A DNA stretch of 64,000 bases, from assembly GCA_028718865.1 (NCBI GenBank), contig JAQUKX010000001.1:64067-128066 (forward strand), written 5' to 3'. Below are positions 19,922 through 30,700 of this stretch, piece after piece. Position 1 is the first letter of the stretch. The number at the start of each line of letters is the position of its first letter. The stretch is from Patescibacteria group bacterium (GTDB taxonomy: Bacteria; Patescibacteriota; Patescibacteriia; UBA1558; GWA2-36-10). A model generated the notes under the pieces. It saw only the letters and a program-made list of their open reading frames with translations, ran no database searches and was not told where the DNA came from. The position numbers and the translations under genes are program-made.

Positions 19922-21703
19922 TTATCGGGCAGTAGCCCAGAAAATAAGCTGGCCACTTTTGGAACCAGACAAAGAAAATCCGGACGGCACAGCCAAGCGG
20001 ACATTGACCGCATTGCTGGCGGCCGTAGCCAAATTGGCCTGCCAGGCAGGCCAAAGTTGATTATCAAGCCTGACATTTTCTGCGAAAATATCCTCACCCA
20101 AAATACTTGACTCCAAATGAATATCCAGACTGCCCAGATTATTAACGATCACTATACTTTCGGCTGACTGACCGGGCCTGAGAGAGCCAAAGTTGATGCT
20201 AGACTGGCTAAGAGAAAAAGCCACTGTTCCCTCCTGCGGGCCAGGATCACTAGCTTCAATATAAGCCAAAAGATCCACGCTTTGCGATACTCCTTCGCCG
20301 ACGCTGGCAAATAGCTTTTCGCTACGGACATAATTGTCGCTGCCGGCAACAAAAAGCGGATAAACTCCATCGCTGGCAAAAGCAATTTCTGCTTGTCCGG
20401 CCGAGTCACTCTGATAATTTAAACTACCCGCTTTGATGTCGACACCGACCAAAGACTGCCAAACAGAACCGTCAAAATACTGAGTTAAAACAGTAATAAT
20501 TTCTCCTGCCTCGACTTGAAGCTTGTCAGCAGTCAAGCGGCTGGGGTAGAAAGGATAGCCGCCATAAGCCCACAAAACCTCATCATCGGCCGCCAGCTGA
20601 TAATTGTCAGCCGAGACTGTCCCGGCTTGCCAATTGACAAAATATTGCCAGCCACTGCTGCCTTGAGAATCAATACCGCCTATTGAAGATACATAAGGAC
20701 CATAGTCGGAATTTTCTATCTGATAAGTATAGCCGCAAATTTGTGCTGCTGCTGCCAAAATATCTAAAACCGTCACTGCTGATAAGCCTTGCGTCAAGCA
20801 CAAAGAATTATCCGGTCCTTCAATGCGTATTTTCTGGCCCAAAGGCAAAGGAGTATTACTCTCTTCTGACAAACTAAGATAATTGAGAGGATAATACTTG
20901 CCTGATAAAGCTACTAGCGCGTAGGCTGTCACCATAGCCGAGCCATTACTGTCGCTAGGCAGCCACAAAAAAGATCCGTTTGGCTGCAAAAGGCTGTTTA
21001 GAAAAACTACTGGATCAGCGCTATTTTTTTGCCAAGTCAAAGGACTGATATTCGCTTTGTTAAGCGCCGCTACGACCCAAGCTGTCGAAGCGCCGTCTGA
21101 CTGAGATCCAGCTTGATAAGGAAAACCACCGTCATCATTTTGCAAATCCTGTAAATAAACCAAGCTGGCTTGAAGCGGAGCTGAAGTCGGAGCCAATCCT
21201 GCGTCCAAAAGCGCCATTATAGCCGCTGCTGTATCATTGCTATCAGAATCATTTATCTCTACTGACCAGCTCCAGCCGCCATCCGAATTCTGCTGGCTTA
21301 AAATAAAATTTTTAATCTCCCCTATATTACTGCGTCTATCCGCCGCGGCCAAAGCCATCAGTCCCCAAGAATCATCATTGAGAAGCTCCGGCGAACCAAG
21401 CTGGCCATTGTTAAAATTATTTTCTACTGTATTGGCCAGCGCGACAATAGCGTCGCTATCTTGGCTGGCAACAGCCGCCAGAGCCAAAATATTTTTGGCA
21501 GCCGTCATTAAATCAGCCGTACCAGCATCAATATAAGAAATATCGGGATTGCTATAACCATTTGCTGCCAAAGCCTGCGTAATCCAACTGTTTTGATTTT
21601 GGCTCTGTAAATAAACAATACTGGCGCTATAATCAGCTTTGGCCGGAGCAAAAGAAAAAACCAGCGTCGCTACAAGCAGTAGTAAAATAATTCTTCTTTT
21701 CAT
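19922..21703 (-). CDS. secreted protein with prenyltransferase/squalene-cyclase-like alpha-alpha-toroid repeats
   Basis: Signal peptide. Repeated DGGW/DGGF motifs (NSDGGWSWS, DDGGFPYQAG) resemble PF00432/PF13243 repeats. Confidence 0.55.
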   Translation of the reverse strand: MKRRIILLLLVATLVFSFAPAKADYSASIVYLQSQNQNSWITQALAANGYSNPDISYIDAGTADLMTAAKNILALAAVASQDSDAIVALANTVENNFNNGQLGSPELLNDDSWGLMALAAADRRSNIGEIKNFILSQQNSDGGWSWSVEINDSDSNDTAAAIMALLDAGLAPTSAPLQASLVYLQDLQNDDGGFPYQAGSQSDGASTAWVVAALNKANISPLTWQKNSADPVVFLNSLLQPNGSFLWLPSDSNGSAMVTAYALVALSGKYYPLNYLSLSEESNTPLPLGQKIRIEGPDNSLCLTQGLSAVTVLDILAAAAQICGYTYQIENSDYGPYVSSIGGIDSQGSSGWQYFVNWQAGTVSADNYQLAADDEVLWAYGGYPFYPSRLTADKLQVEAGEIITVLTQYFDGSVWQSLVGVDIKAGSLNYQSDSAGQAEIAFASDGVYPLFVAGSDNYVRSEKLFASVGEGVSQSVDLLAYIEASDPGPQEGTVAFSLSQSSINFGSLRPGQSAESIVIVNNLGSLDIHLESSILGEDIFAENVRLDNQLWPAWQANLATAASNAVNVRLAVPSGFSLSGSKSGQLIFWATAR

Positions 21704-21961
21704 AAATTTTATTAAATTATTATTAAAAAACTCCGCCTAAGAAAAGCGGAGACAAACCTATTATATTTAAATAATAAACTCATCCCTTTTCTCCTTAGGA
21801 AAAGACACAAGAACTCAGGTATCTGACTTATCCCGATTTTGTTAAAAATCGGGCTTACAGTAGCTAGGACTGTGGGGGTTTTGCACCCCGCTTCCCTGAT
21901 TTGGTTGTTAAAATACCAGCCAAGTTATTCTAACAGGAAAAAAATCTCTTGGCAAATCAGC

Positions 21962-22432
21962 CTATTTTAAAGGCAATTTTTTGTTTTTGAGCAGACGGTT
22001 CAATTCTTTTTGAAAAGTTTTAGCGTCCTTAAAAGAGCGATAAACCGAAGCATAGCGGATATACGCTACTTGGTCAAAAGACTTAAGCCGCTTCATCAGT
22101 ATTTCGCCGATTTGCTGAGAGGTAATCTCGCTGCCAGACTGCTTTTGAATGTCCCTTTCTATGTCGCGAAACAACTTATAAAAATCCTCTTCCCGATAAG
22201 GCCTTTTTTCCAAAGGGATTTTCAGGCTTTTGATCAATTTCTCTTTGTTGTAGCTCTCCCGCCGGCCGTCGCGCTTGACCACGGTCAAATCCAATATTTC
22301 CATTTGCTCAACCGTAGAAAAGCGAAAATCGCAACGACTGCAAACTCGGCGGCGCCTAATACTAAAACCCTCGCCGCTTAAACGAGAGTCTATCACCTTA
22401 GTGTCCTTGCCTTTGCATTCCGGACAATGCAT
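21962..22432 (-). CDS. nrdR: transcriptional repressor NrdR
   Basis: MHCPECKGKDTKVIDSRL... zinc ribbon plus ATP-cone. Confidence 0.9.
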   Translation of the reverse strand: MHCPECKGKDTKVIDSRLSGEGFSIRRRRVCSRCDFRFSTVEQMEILDLTVVKRDGRRESYNKEKLIKSLKIPLEKRPYREEDFYKLFRDIERDIQKQSGSEITSQQIGEILMKRLKSFDQVAYIRYASVYRSFKDAKTFQKELNRLLKNKKLPLK

Positions 22433-22435
22433 GAA

Positions 22436-23629
22436 TTAACGGTTTTTTAATTTTTTTCTCAAAAAAGCCGGAATATCCAGTTCTTCCTCTTCTTTGCTTT
22501 TTTCCAATTCTATACGCTCTTCTTTTTCCTCATCTTCCTTTCTAGGTTTTTCAAAAGCACGCTTGAGAGTCCGCTCTTCTTCTTTTTTGGCAAAAGTTTC
22601 TGGGTAAGACAAACTGCTCTTGGACTGGCTAAGCGGTGCTGACGATGATTTCTCATGATCAGCCGCCTTAAATCCAGTGGCAATAACCGTCACTTTGATT
22701 TCATCTCCTAAAGACTCGTCAATCACCGCGCCAAAGATTATTTTGGCTTCTGGATCGCAGCTGCTGGTAATGACTTCCGCCGCTTCATTGACTTCCAGCA
22801 TGCTCAAACTGCTGTCGCCGCTGATAGTAAACAAGACTCCGGTCGCGCCGTTTATGGACAGCTCCAAAAGCGGACTGTCAATGGCGGCCTTGGCCGCATC
22901 CTTAGCTCGATTTTCACCGCTAGCTCGACCGATGCCCATCATGGCTGAGCCGGCCTGGTGCATAATGGCTTTGACATCGGCAAAGTCCACATTGACCAAG
23001 CCCGGGACAGTGATAACATCGGAAATACCCTGTACTCCTTGTTTTAATACTTCATCCACTATAGAAAATGCTTCTAGTAATGATGTCTTTTTTTCTATGA
23101 CCTGCAGCAAGCGGTCATTGGGAATAGTAATAATAGCATCCACTTTATCCAATAATTTTTCCAAGCCTCGCTGGGCTATTTCTCTTCTCTGCACTCCTTC
23201 AAAAGTAAAAGGCTTGGTCACTACCGCCACCGTCAAAGCCCCCACTTCTCTGGCCAGTGATGCAATCAAAGGCGCTGCACCCGTACCGGTACCTCCGCCC
23301 AAGCCGCAGGTAATAAACACCATGTCCGAGCCTTCCAGCTCGCTGATAATATCCTGCTCATTTTCCTCAGCGCTTTTGAGGCCTAGATCTGGATCCATGC
23401 CTGCTCCCAAGCCGCGCGTGGTATTTTTGCCAATGTGAATTTTTCTAGGAGCAACTGAGTGATGCAAAGCCTGAGCATCGGTATTGACGGCAATAAAATC
23501 AATTCCCCGGATTTTGGCTGTTACCATCCGATTGATAGCTGATCCGCCCGAACCGCCCACGCCGACTACTTTGATGTTGGCAAAAGCCTCTATAGGAGGA
23601 ATGACTTCTTTGATGTTTTTTCTAACCAT
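22436..23629 (-). CDS. ftsZ: cell division GTPase FtsZ
   Basis: GVGGSGGSAINRM, NTDAQAL and GGGTGTGAAP motifs. Confidence 0.95.
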   Translation of the reverse strand: MVRKNIKEVIPPIEAFANIKVVGVGGSGGSAINRMVTAKIRGIDFIAVNTDAQALHHSVAPRKIHIGKNTTRGLGAGMDPDLGLKSAEENEQDIISELEGSDMVFITCGLGGGTGTGAAPLIASLAREVGALTVAVVTKPFTFEGVQRREIAQRGLEKLLDKVDAIITIPNDRLLQVIEKKTSLLEAFSIVDEVLKQGVQGISDVITVPGLVNVDFADVKAIMHQAGSAMMGIGRASGENRAKDAAKAAIDSPLLELSINGATGVLFTISGDSSLSMLEVNEAAEVITSSCDPEAKIIFGAVIDESLGDEIKVTVIATGFKAADHEKSSSAPLSQSKSSLSYPETFAKKEEERTLKRAFEKPRKEDEEKEERIELEKSKEEEELDIPAFLRKKLKNR

Positions 23630-23659
23630 TATTTTGAATTAGTCAATTTACTTATTATT

Positions 23660-24931
23660 TTAAGAAGAAGGCCAAATTGATTTAAACCAATTTTTCAATT
23701 TGGAACTGGTTTTGGCTGCTGAAGAAAAAGGCGACAAATGAGACAAAAATCCGCTGCTGAAATTGATGTTTTGGTGCGCCCAAATCACTAAACCCAGAGC
23801 TGTAGTATACTCTAAATCATTTATCTTATCTATGGCAAAATTACGGTTGCTGGGCAAGCCTAAAAAAGCCGGCAAACCCAAAACTTTTTTGGCCAATTCC
23901 TCCACTAGAGCCAGCTTAGCGCCACCACCGGTCAAAACCACCCCAGCCGGCAACTTGCCTTCTTTGCCAATTTTTTTCAATTCTTGATTTAGCAAAGAAA
24001 AAATCTCCTCCATCCTGGCTTCACAAATCTCAGCTATGTCTTTTTTGTAAACATAGGAGCCTTTTTTCTCGTCTTCAGAATACTTGTGCAGATCCACTTC
24101 GTCTCTTTTGGCAATGCCCTCGCTGATGGCCTGAGCATGATCTATTTTGACTGCTTCGGCCACTTCTACCGAAGTCTTGAGTCCAATAGCCAAATCATTG
24201 GTAATATGACCGGCACCAACTGGCAGAACCGCCGTATGCAAAATATTGCCTTCTTCAAAAACAATCAAAGAAGTAGTAGCTGATCCGATGTTGACCACGG
24301 CCACGCCCAAATCTTTTTGCCGAGGAGTCAAAACTGCCTCAGCTGTAGACAAAATGGAAAAAACAATGGTTTCAATATCTACTCCTGTTCTATAAATAAC
24401 TTTGGTGAGATTTTTAACCTGGGAAGACAAAGCCATAATCACCTGCGTTTCTACTTCCAGACGCACACCGGACATGCCTTGAGGCTCTTTGAGGCCTTTT
24501 TGGTCATCAAGATTATAGCTAATAGGCAAAACATGTAAAACTTCGTAATTGGGCAAAGTAGTAGTGCTCTCTGCCACCTCTAGAGCTCTTTCTACATCAG
24601 AATCCTCTACCTGCTCATTGGCTTTGGCTACAGCGACCACTCCTTTACTGGGCAAAGTCTTGATATGAGCGCCGGCAATACCAACCACGATCTTATCAAT
24701 ACGCTGACCAGTCATTCTTTCGCATTTTTCTATGGTCTCGGAAATGCAAGAAACCGCCTCTTCAATAGAGGCGATGCTACCGCGGCTAATACCCTCGGCT
24801 GGTGTCTCTGCCGCGCCAATAATACTCAATCGGCCATCGGCTACCACCTGTCCCATCACTATCCGAATACTGCTCGTGCCTATGTCCAGTCCGCAAATTA
24901 TGTCTTTTTTACTTGCCATGATTAGCGCCAA
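23660..24931 (-). CDS. ftsA: cell division protein FtsA
   Basis: Actin-like ATPase (GLDIGTSSIR, VVNIGSATT, LTGGGA). It sits immediately upstream of ftsZ. Confidence 0.9.
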   Translation of the reverse strand: MALIMASKKDIICGLDIGTSSIRIVMGQVVADGRLSIIGAAETPAEGISRGSIASIEEAVSCISETIEKCERMTGQRIDKIVVGIAGAHIKTLPSKGVVAVAKANEQVEDSDVERALEVAESTTTLPNYEVLHVLPISYNLDDQKGLKEPQGMSGVRLEVETQVIMALSSQVKNLTKVIYRTGVDIETIVFSILSTAEAVLTPRQKDLGVAVVNIGSATTSLIVFEEGNILHTAVLPVGAGHITNDLAIGLKTSVEVAEAVKIDHAQAISEGIAKRDEVDLHKYSEDEKKGSYVYKKDIAEICEARMEEIFSLLNQELKKIGKEGKLPAGVVLTGGGAKLALVEELAKKVLGLPAFLGLPSNRNFAIDKINDLEYTTALGLVIWAHQNINFSSGFLSHLSPFSSAAKTSSKLKNWFKSIWPSS

Positions 24932-24987
24932 AACTTAACTTATGATTATTAATTATAACTAAATTATTGATTTTTGCCAAATGATAT

Positions 24988-25326
24988 TTATAAAAAAATA
25001 AGCGCTCCTATTATCAGAGCAAAGATACTGGCCAAAAGCACTGTAGCAGCTGCCAAATCCTTGATCTCCTTAGCAAAGGCATGAGTACGTGGGGCTAAAA
25101 TATCCACTAGCCGCTCCAAAGCCGAATTGACTATTTCTAGAGACAAAATCAAAGCAATAGTAACTATCAATATCAGCCAAGACTTGATATCAAGCTGTCT
25201 TTGCCAAGCCAATAAAAGAACTAAAAAAGCTATCACTACCTGAATCCGAAAAGTTTTTTCAGTTTTAAAAACCGTCTTTAATCCCCGAAATGCGTGTCTA
25301 AAACTGCGCCAAAGCGATTGAAACAT
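24988..25326 (-). CDS. dgkA: diacylglycerol kinase (prokaryotic DgkA family)
   Basis: 112-aa 3-TM protein with a conserved E...N..ALE region. The ybeY-dgkA pairing is conserved. Confidence 0.7.
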   Translation of the reverse strand: MFQSLWRSFRHAFRGLKTVFKTEKTFRIQVVIAFLVLLLAWQRQLDIKSWLILIVTIALILSLEIVNSALERLVDILAPRTHAFAKEIKDLAAATVLLASIFALIIGALIFL

Positions 25327-25331
25327 AAAAT

Positions 25332-25745
25332 TTATTTTGCTAAATCTCCCAATATCTCCTCTTCTAGTTTTGTTTGCTGCTTGGCCTCTTGTGCGCTTCT
25401 TTCATGGTCATAGCCCAAAAGATGCAATATCCCATGAACCGTCAAAAGCTGCAGTTGGGACTTGAGGCTTTGTTTTTTTTCTTTGGCTGCCTGCCTGGCT
25501 TGATTGACGGAAATAAGCACCTCACCCAATTCATCGCTAGCAGCCAAAGAAAAGGATAAAACATCAGTAGCCTTGTCTTTGCCGCGGTAAACCCTGTTCA
25601 ATTCCTTCATCTCTTTATCCGACAACAGAGCAATAGAGACATTTTTCAAGTAGCCAAAACGTTTATTGATTATTTTTTCCAAACTTCCCAGCCAAGAAAA
25701 GTCTGCTCGCTGTCCTCTTTTGTTCAAAAACAAAAAATTAGCCAT
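25332..25745 (-). CDS. ybeY: rRNA maturation endoribonuclease YbeY
   Basis: HGILHLLGYDHE metal-binding motif. Confidence 0.9.
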   Translation of the reverse strand: MANFLFLNKRGQRADFSWLGSLEKIINKRFGYLKNVSIALLSDKEMKELNRVYRGKDKATDVLSFSLAASDELGEVLISVNQARQAAKEKKQSLKSQLQLLTVHGILHLLGYDHERSAQEAKQQTKLEEEILGDLAK

Positions 25746-25763
25746 AAATAGAATTACAATAGC

Positions 25764-26789
25764 CTACATACTACTATCCAAAAGCTCAAAGCTGTTTTGC
25801 ATCATTTGAAAAGTAGTATGGAAATTCTCGGTCAAAGCCGCGCCGCTTTCGTAAATAAGTATATAAATAAACTGATTGTTCACTGCCAAAATTTGCTTGC
25901 CGTCAGCTGAGCGCAAAGCTGGTTGTCCAGCCAGAGAATAATTTTGCATATTAGCTGCCGACGGCAACAGATTGCCCAGCTCCTGCCTGGCTTGACTAAG
26001 CGTCAATGCTCCGTCGTTGGCCATGGCATAAATAATGAAAAACTCCCCGGTCTCGGAATCCGGCAAAATCATAATCTGAGATAAGTCATTGCCAATAGCT
26101 TGCGCTACCCAAGGATTGGGCTTGAGCAATGAATAGCCGAACAAAGAATTAATAAACCTGTCTACCAGACCCGAATCTTCCAAACGTCCCGGGCCAAGAG
26201 GGTTATAAAGGTTGACTATCTCCATGCCATCGCTATAACCATCGCGGTCAGTATCAGGATTGTTGGGGTCAGTGCCATAGAGCATTTCTTCTTCATAAGT
26301 AAGCATATCATTATCAGCGTCTATATTGGTAATGGGCGCTGGCTCTGGAGTAGGCGTAGGTTCTGGTATTGGCGCTGGCTCTGGAACCGGCTCGGGTTCT
26401 GGCTGAACTTGCCCAGGTGGCGCCTGAATATTATTGTCAGCCGCGGGAGCTTGCTGGCCTGTCTGACTATCAGCCGGCAAGACCGGCTCTTCTGCTTGGG
26501 AAAAATACCAAAAAATACCCGCTAAGACTCCCCCTGAAATAAACATAAAAACCAAAGTAAAAATAACTATGCCTTTGACCGGTGATTTGACTCGGCTAGC
26601 TTTGACTGTCTTGCCCGGCGAAGCTGGCTTAGGCTCATTTTTGGAAATAGTGAATTTACCCGGCATAACATAAATAGAAGATTGATCAATCTCCGGCTCT
26701 GGAATGCTTTTGGGCTGGATATTTTCCTGATCCTGATCGCTGGCCTGATTAAAATTATTTGGATTTTTTGGGCTGCCAAAATTAAGCAT
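25764..26789 (-). CDS. single-pass membrane protein with Pro-rich linker and thrombospondin type-3-like Ca-binding repeats
   Basis: TM helix, (PEP)n linker, and DADND...DPNNPDTDRDGYSDG repeats. Confidence 0.6.
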   Translation of the reverse strand: MLNFGSPKNPNNFNQASDQDQENIQPKSIPEPEIDQSSIYVMPGKFTISKNEPKPASPGKTVKASRVKSPVKGIVIFTLVFMFISGGVLAGIFWYFSQAEEPVLPADSQTGQQAPAADNNIQAPPGQVQPEPEPVPEPAPIPEPTPTPEPAPITNIDADNDMLTYEEEMLYGTDPNNPDTDRDGYSDGMEIVNLYNPLGPGRLEDSGLVDRFINSLFGYSLLKPNPWVAQAIGNDLSQIMILPDSETGEFFIIYAMANDGALTLSQARQELGNLLPSAANMQNYSLAGQPALRSADGKQILAVNNQFIYILIYESGAALTENFHTTFQMMQNSFELLDSSM

Positions 26790-26823
26790 GATTTCTCAAG
26801 TTTACTGATTATATAAAAATTTT

Positions 26824-27741
26824 TTAATATAAGCGACCTGTACTTTGATATCTACCCAGAGCTTCTTCTATATGCTGCATGGGACGGAAGAAAAAATCAT
26901 CCGGCACTTGCTCCCAGAAGCTAGCTGGCAAGGGTATGGGCATAGCCGGCATTTCATCCAAAAGACCCGGGCCAAGAGGATTATAGTCATTTTCCACTTC
27001 TACTCCATCGCTATAGCCATCGCGGTCAGTGTCGGGATTGTTGGGGTCAGTGCCATAGATAAATATCTCTTCGTAATCAGTCAAACCGTCACCGTCAGTA
27101 TCAGCCAATAGTGGATTGGTGCGATAAACTCTCACCTCGTCATAATCCAGCACGCCGTCATTATCCGTGTCAGGATCATAAGGATTGGTACCCAAGGCTC
27201 TTTCTTCAGCATCACTTAGTCCATCCAGATCGCTGTCTAAAAACCTGTCATCGCCTATATCAATGATGGGATCAACATCTATGGGCGGCTCGTCGCCATT
27301 GCCGTTTTGCCCATTTACTGGTGGTTGCTCAATCGGCAAACCACCCCCTTCCGGCAAAAAATCGCTTCTAAAAACAAAATAATAAAAAGCGCCCCCCGCC
27401 AGTAGCAAAAGAAAAAATACTGATAACACTATAATTATTTTTTGCTTGGGACTTTGCCCCTCGGGAATATCTTGGCTAACCAAGTCTGCCGGCAAAGCTG
27501 GAGCCATTTGTTCGCTCTGCTGAGACGCTTCAGCAGTAGCTAAAGGTAAGCCTTGGTTGGGTGATATGGGCTGCATTTTGCCAGAACGCAAAGCACTAGG
27601 CTTCTCTTCAAATGAAGCGGCTCTTGCGACTGGCGACTGATTGACTTGGGAAGTTGGATCAACATCGGCAAACATATCGTCCAGCTTTTTCGGAACTTGG
27701 CCAGAACTCTGATTTTGATCTTTTTTTAAGTCATCAAACAT
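26824..27741 (-). CDS. single-pass membrane protein with four or more thrombospondin type-3-like repeats; paralog of 25764..26789
   Basis: DSDLDGLSD, DPDTDNDGVLD, DTDGDGLTD and DPNNPDTDRDGYSDG repeats. It shares a 53-nt near-identical tract with its neighbour. Confidence 0.6.
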   Translation of the reverse strand: MFDDLKKDQNQSSGQVPKKLDDMFADVDPTSQVNQSPVARAASFEEKPSALRSGKMQPISPNQGLPLATAEASQQSEQMAPALPADLVSQDIPEGQSPKQKIIIVLSVFFLLLLAGGAFYYFVFRSDFLPEGGGLPIEQPPVNGQNGNGDEPPIDVDPIIDIGDDRFLDSDLDGLSDAEERALGTNPYDPDTDNDGVLDYDEVRVYRTNPLLADTDGDGLTDYEEIFIYGTDPNNPDTDRDGYSDGVEVENDYNPLGPGLLDEMPAMPIPLPASFWEQVPDDFFFRPMQHIEEALGRYQSTGRLY

Positions 27742-27767
27742 GATTTTTTACTATAATTTTTATAAAA

Positions 27768-30700
27768 CTAAGGAGTAGGTAAAGTACAATCCATAAACCC
27801 ATCACCACGGCCATCACAGAAAGTGGAATTAATCACTGATATAGTAGCCGCTGACCAGCCAGTAGTACTACTCAAATACCTGCCACCAGTGCCATCTGCC
27901 AAACATTGTCCATGAGCAGCCAATTCTGCGTGAAAATTAGTAAACAATACCGGACTAATAGCAACTTTTGTATTCTGAGAATTGGCCAAATCTATGGAAT
28001 GAGCTAAAACATCATGAGTGCCTGAACCAAAACTTGTATCTGGATTACAGTTTTCATTTGCTCTCAAAATAGATGCATTACTACCGCAATAACCACCTTC
28101 ATCGCTTACTGGAATAAGCAACCTGTGATATCCTGGTAGCCAATTATAATCTGGAATTATCTTGGTCATAGCATAGCCCCAGTTACTCAATCGTCCAGCT
28201 GCGTCGCCATGTCCGCTTATAAAACCCGGGTCAGGATTACCTATTATATTTAAATAATCCTGGCATCTTTCTCCGTAAAGAACTTGATCCCCATCTGCAG
28301 AAACTTCGCTGTTAATATCATTACTACTATTGTTATAAAAACTCAAATAACGAACTCTTTGGTTATAAGGAGCCTGGCGTAAAGGACAGTCAGTATACAA
28401 AGCTTTGAAGACTACTTGTGATTCATCTAGCCAGCCAGCCGATCCGAGCCAAGGCGATAAGCTCGGTATATCGTCAATGGTGATAGGTGTTAAATAAGTA
28501 GGAGTTACCGGATTGGTATATACACCGCCTCCTGGAACACCAGAGCCATCGGCCGATACTATACCACCGTCATTATCCCCCATTACAAAAATGGATATAC
28601 GATAATCAATGTCCCCGTAAGCGCCACTATCTAAATTATTCACCACCTGCTGCAAAGAGCTGCAAAGAGCGACCGCTCTATCATACATACTACCAGAAAC
28701 ATCAAATACATACACTATGTCTATATCTTTCTCTATCTGCACCGCTGGATCAAAACCAGTATCGCATTGTTCCCACTGCTGCACTATTCCGTCGCCGCAC
28801 CAACCGCCGGTATTGCCGCAACTAACACACTCGTACTGATTGTTGGGAGAGGAAAAATTAGCAAAATTGCTACCCCTAGGCCAAGGGAAACTACCGCCTG
28901 GAGGATTATTGCCACCCGGACCCCAATCGCAGCCTTCGCCAAAAAATACCTGTCTAATTCCGTCACCGCAATAAGGGCCGCTGGGATCGCTTCTTTGACA
29001 CATAAAGCTCCCTGTCATATCACAAGTATAAGTATTGTCCGGACCTGATTGAGCCGGCAAAGGTCTATTTGGATAATGCAGGCCATCACAAACCTCACTA
29101 TAAGCCAATTGGGCAATGCCGTCGCCGCAGTAACCGCCTATTCTAGCTAGACAATCCGCTCGGCAAGAATACTGATTAGTCTGACTTGACTGATCGGGCG
29201 AAGGCGGTGCCGGGCTTTGAGTTATACCTCGCCAAGGATCGCCTGGATCACAGAATTCATCATTACCCAAATCCCAAACGCCGTCGCCGCACCAACCGCC
29301 ATAAGTAGGAGAACAAGCTCCGTAGTTAAGCCCGTTATAAGTAAAATATCCAACTCCATGTGGACGACAAGCGTATTGATTAAAAGGAGTAGAATTAGGA
29401 GGGCTGGGCGTACTATAATTCATCAGATAATCACAATTCTCACCGAATTGAGATTGTAAAGTACCGTCGCCGCAATACTGGCTGGTAAATTGACACAATG
29501 TATTGCAAGCATAGGCTAAATTAGGACCAGAATCATGCGGGCTGGGTGTACTATAATTCATATAATCACACTGCTCTTCCGCTTGCACTATGCCATCACC
29601 GCAATACCCGGCATAAGGGGCGCCAACACTACAAGTCACTTGGCAAGAGCTGTTGCAACTAGCCACGCCGCCATTGGTACAGCCCCAGGTACTCAAGCCG
29701 CTGGGACTGGCTGATGAGTCACACTGCTCTATACCTGCCGACCAAACACCGTCACCACAACGAGCAGCTGGGTAAGCATTGGGTCCTTGATTACACATTG
29801 CCTGACAGCCTTGGCCACAGAATAAACCATGTCCAGACTGACAAATAAAATCACCAGCAAAATTATTACCTTCGCACTGCTCATAATAAGACTGAATAGT
29901 GCCATCACCACAATAACCACCGCATTCAGCCTCACCAAAAGGCGGATCTGGTACATACCAAGTACAGCTGATATCATTGCCGTTGGAGCCAATGGTGCCA
30001 GGCGGATTACAACCAACCATACGCGGTGTCCACCAATCATAGTTAGCTGGACAAGCATTTATAAATCCACCGTCACACTGCTCATTACCGTCAACTATAC
30101 CGTTACCGCAATAAGGACTAGCTGGCCCGCCAGGAGCATTGAGGTTTGTAGCATTACAATAACTAACCAAACCCAAATTGACATTTATACCTAAAGAAGA
30201 AAGTGTTGGTCGCAATCTATTAACAAAATTAATATTATACTGCGCCGGATAAATATCATATTCAAAGTTGGCACCTAAGTCATAATCCTGCCCCCCTGAT
30301 AAAACATTGTATAAATAAACTAAAGAATTTTGAGGACAAACAAAAGTATTAGGATCAACCGACTGATTCCAGCAAGTAGCAGGGTCAGCCCCCTCTGGAC
30401 AACCATTAAATCTATTAATTGGGTCAACTGCTGCCAATGAACCTAAGGCGGAAGAAAAAGCATCCTGCCAAGACGGCCAAGGGCTGGTAGACATGCCTTG
30501 GACATAAGTACCGGCTCCTAAAATAGGGTAATAAGGCCTGCAAGTTTGAGTACCGGGGCAATCATTATCTTGAGCGCAAGCCATCAAACTATTACCGCTG
30601 CAAGCTTTGTGACTTTGGCCGTATTCTTCCAGTCGCAAAGCTATACTAACCAAATCTGCCAAACGCTTGGTATCACGACGGAGCTTGAGTCCTTGGGAAA

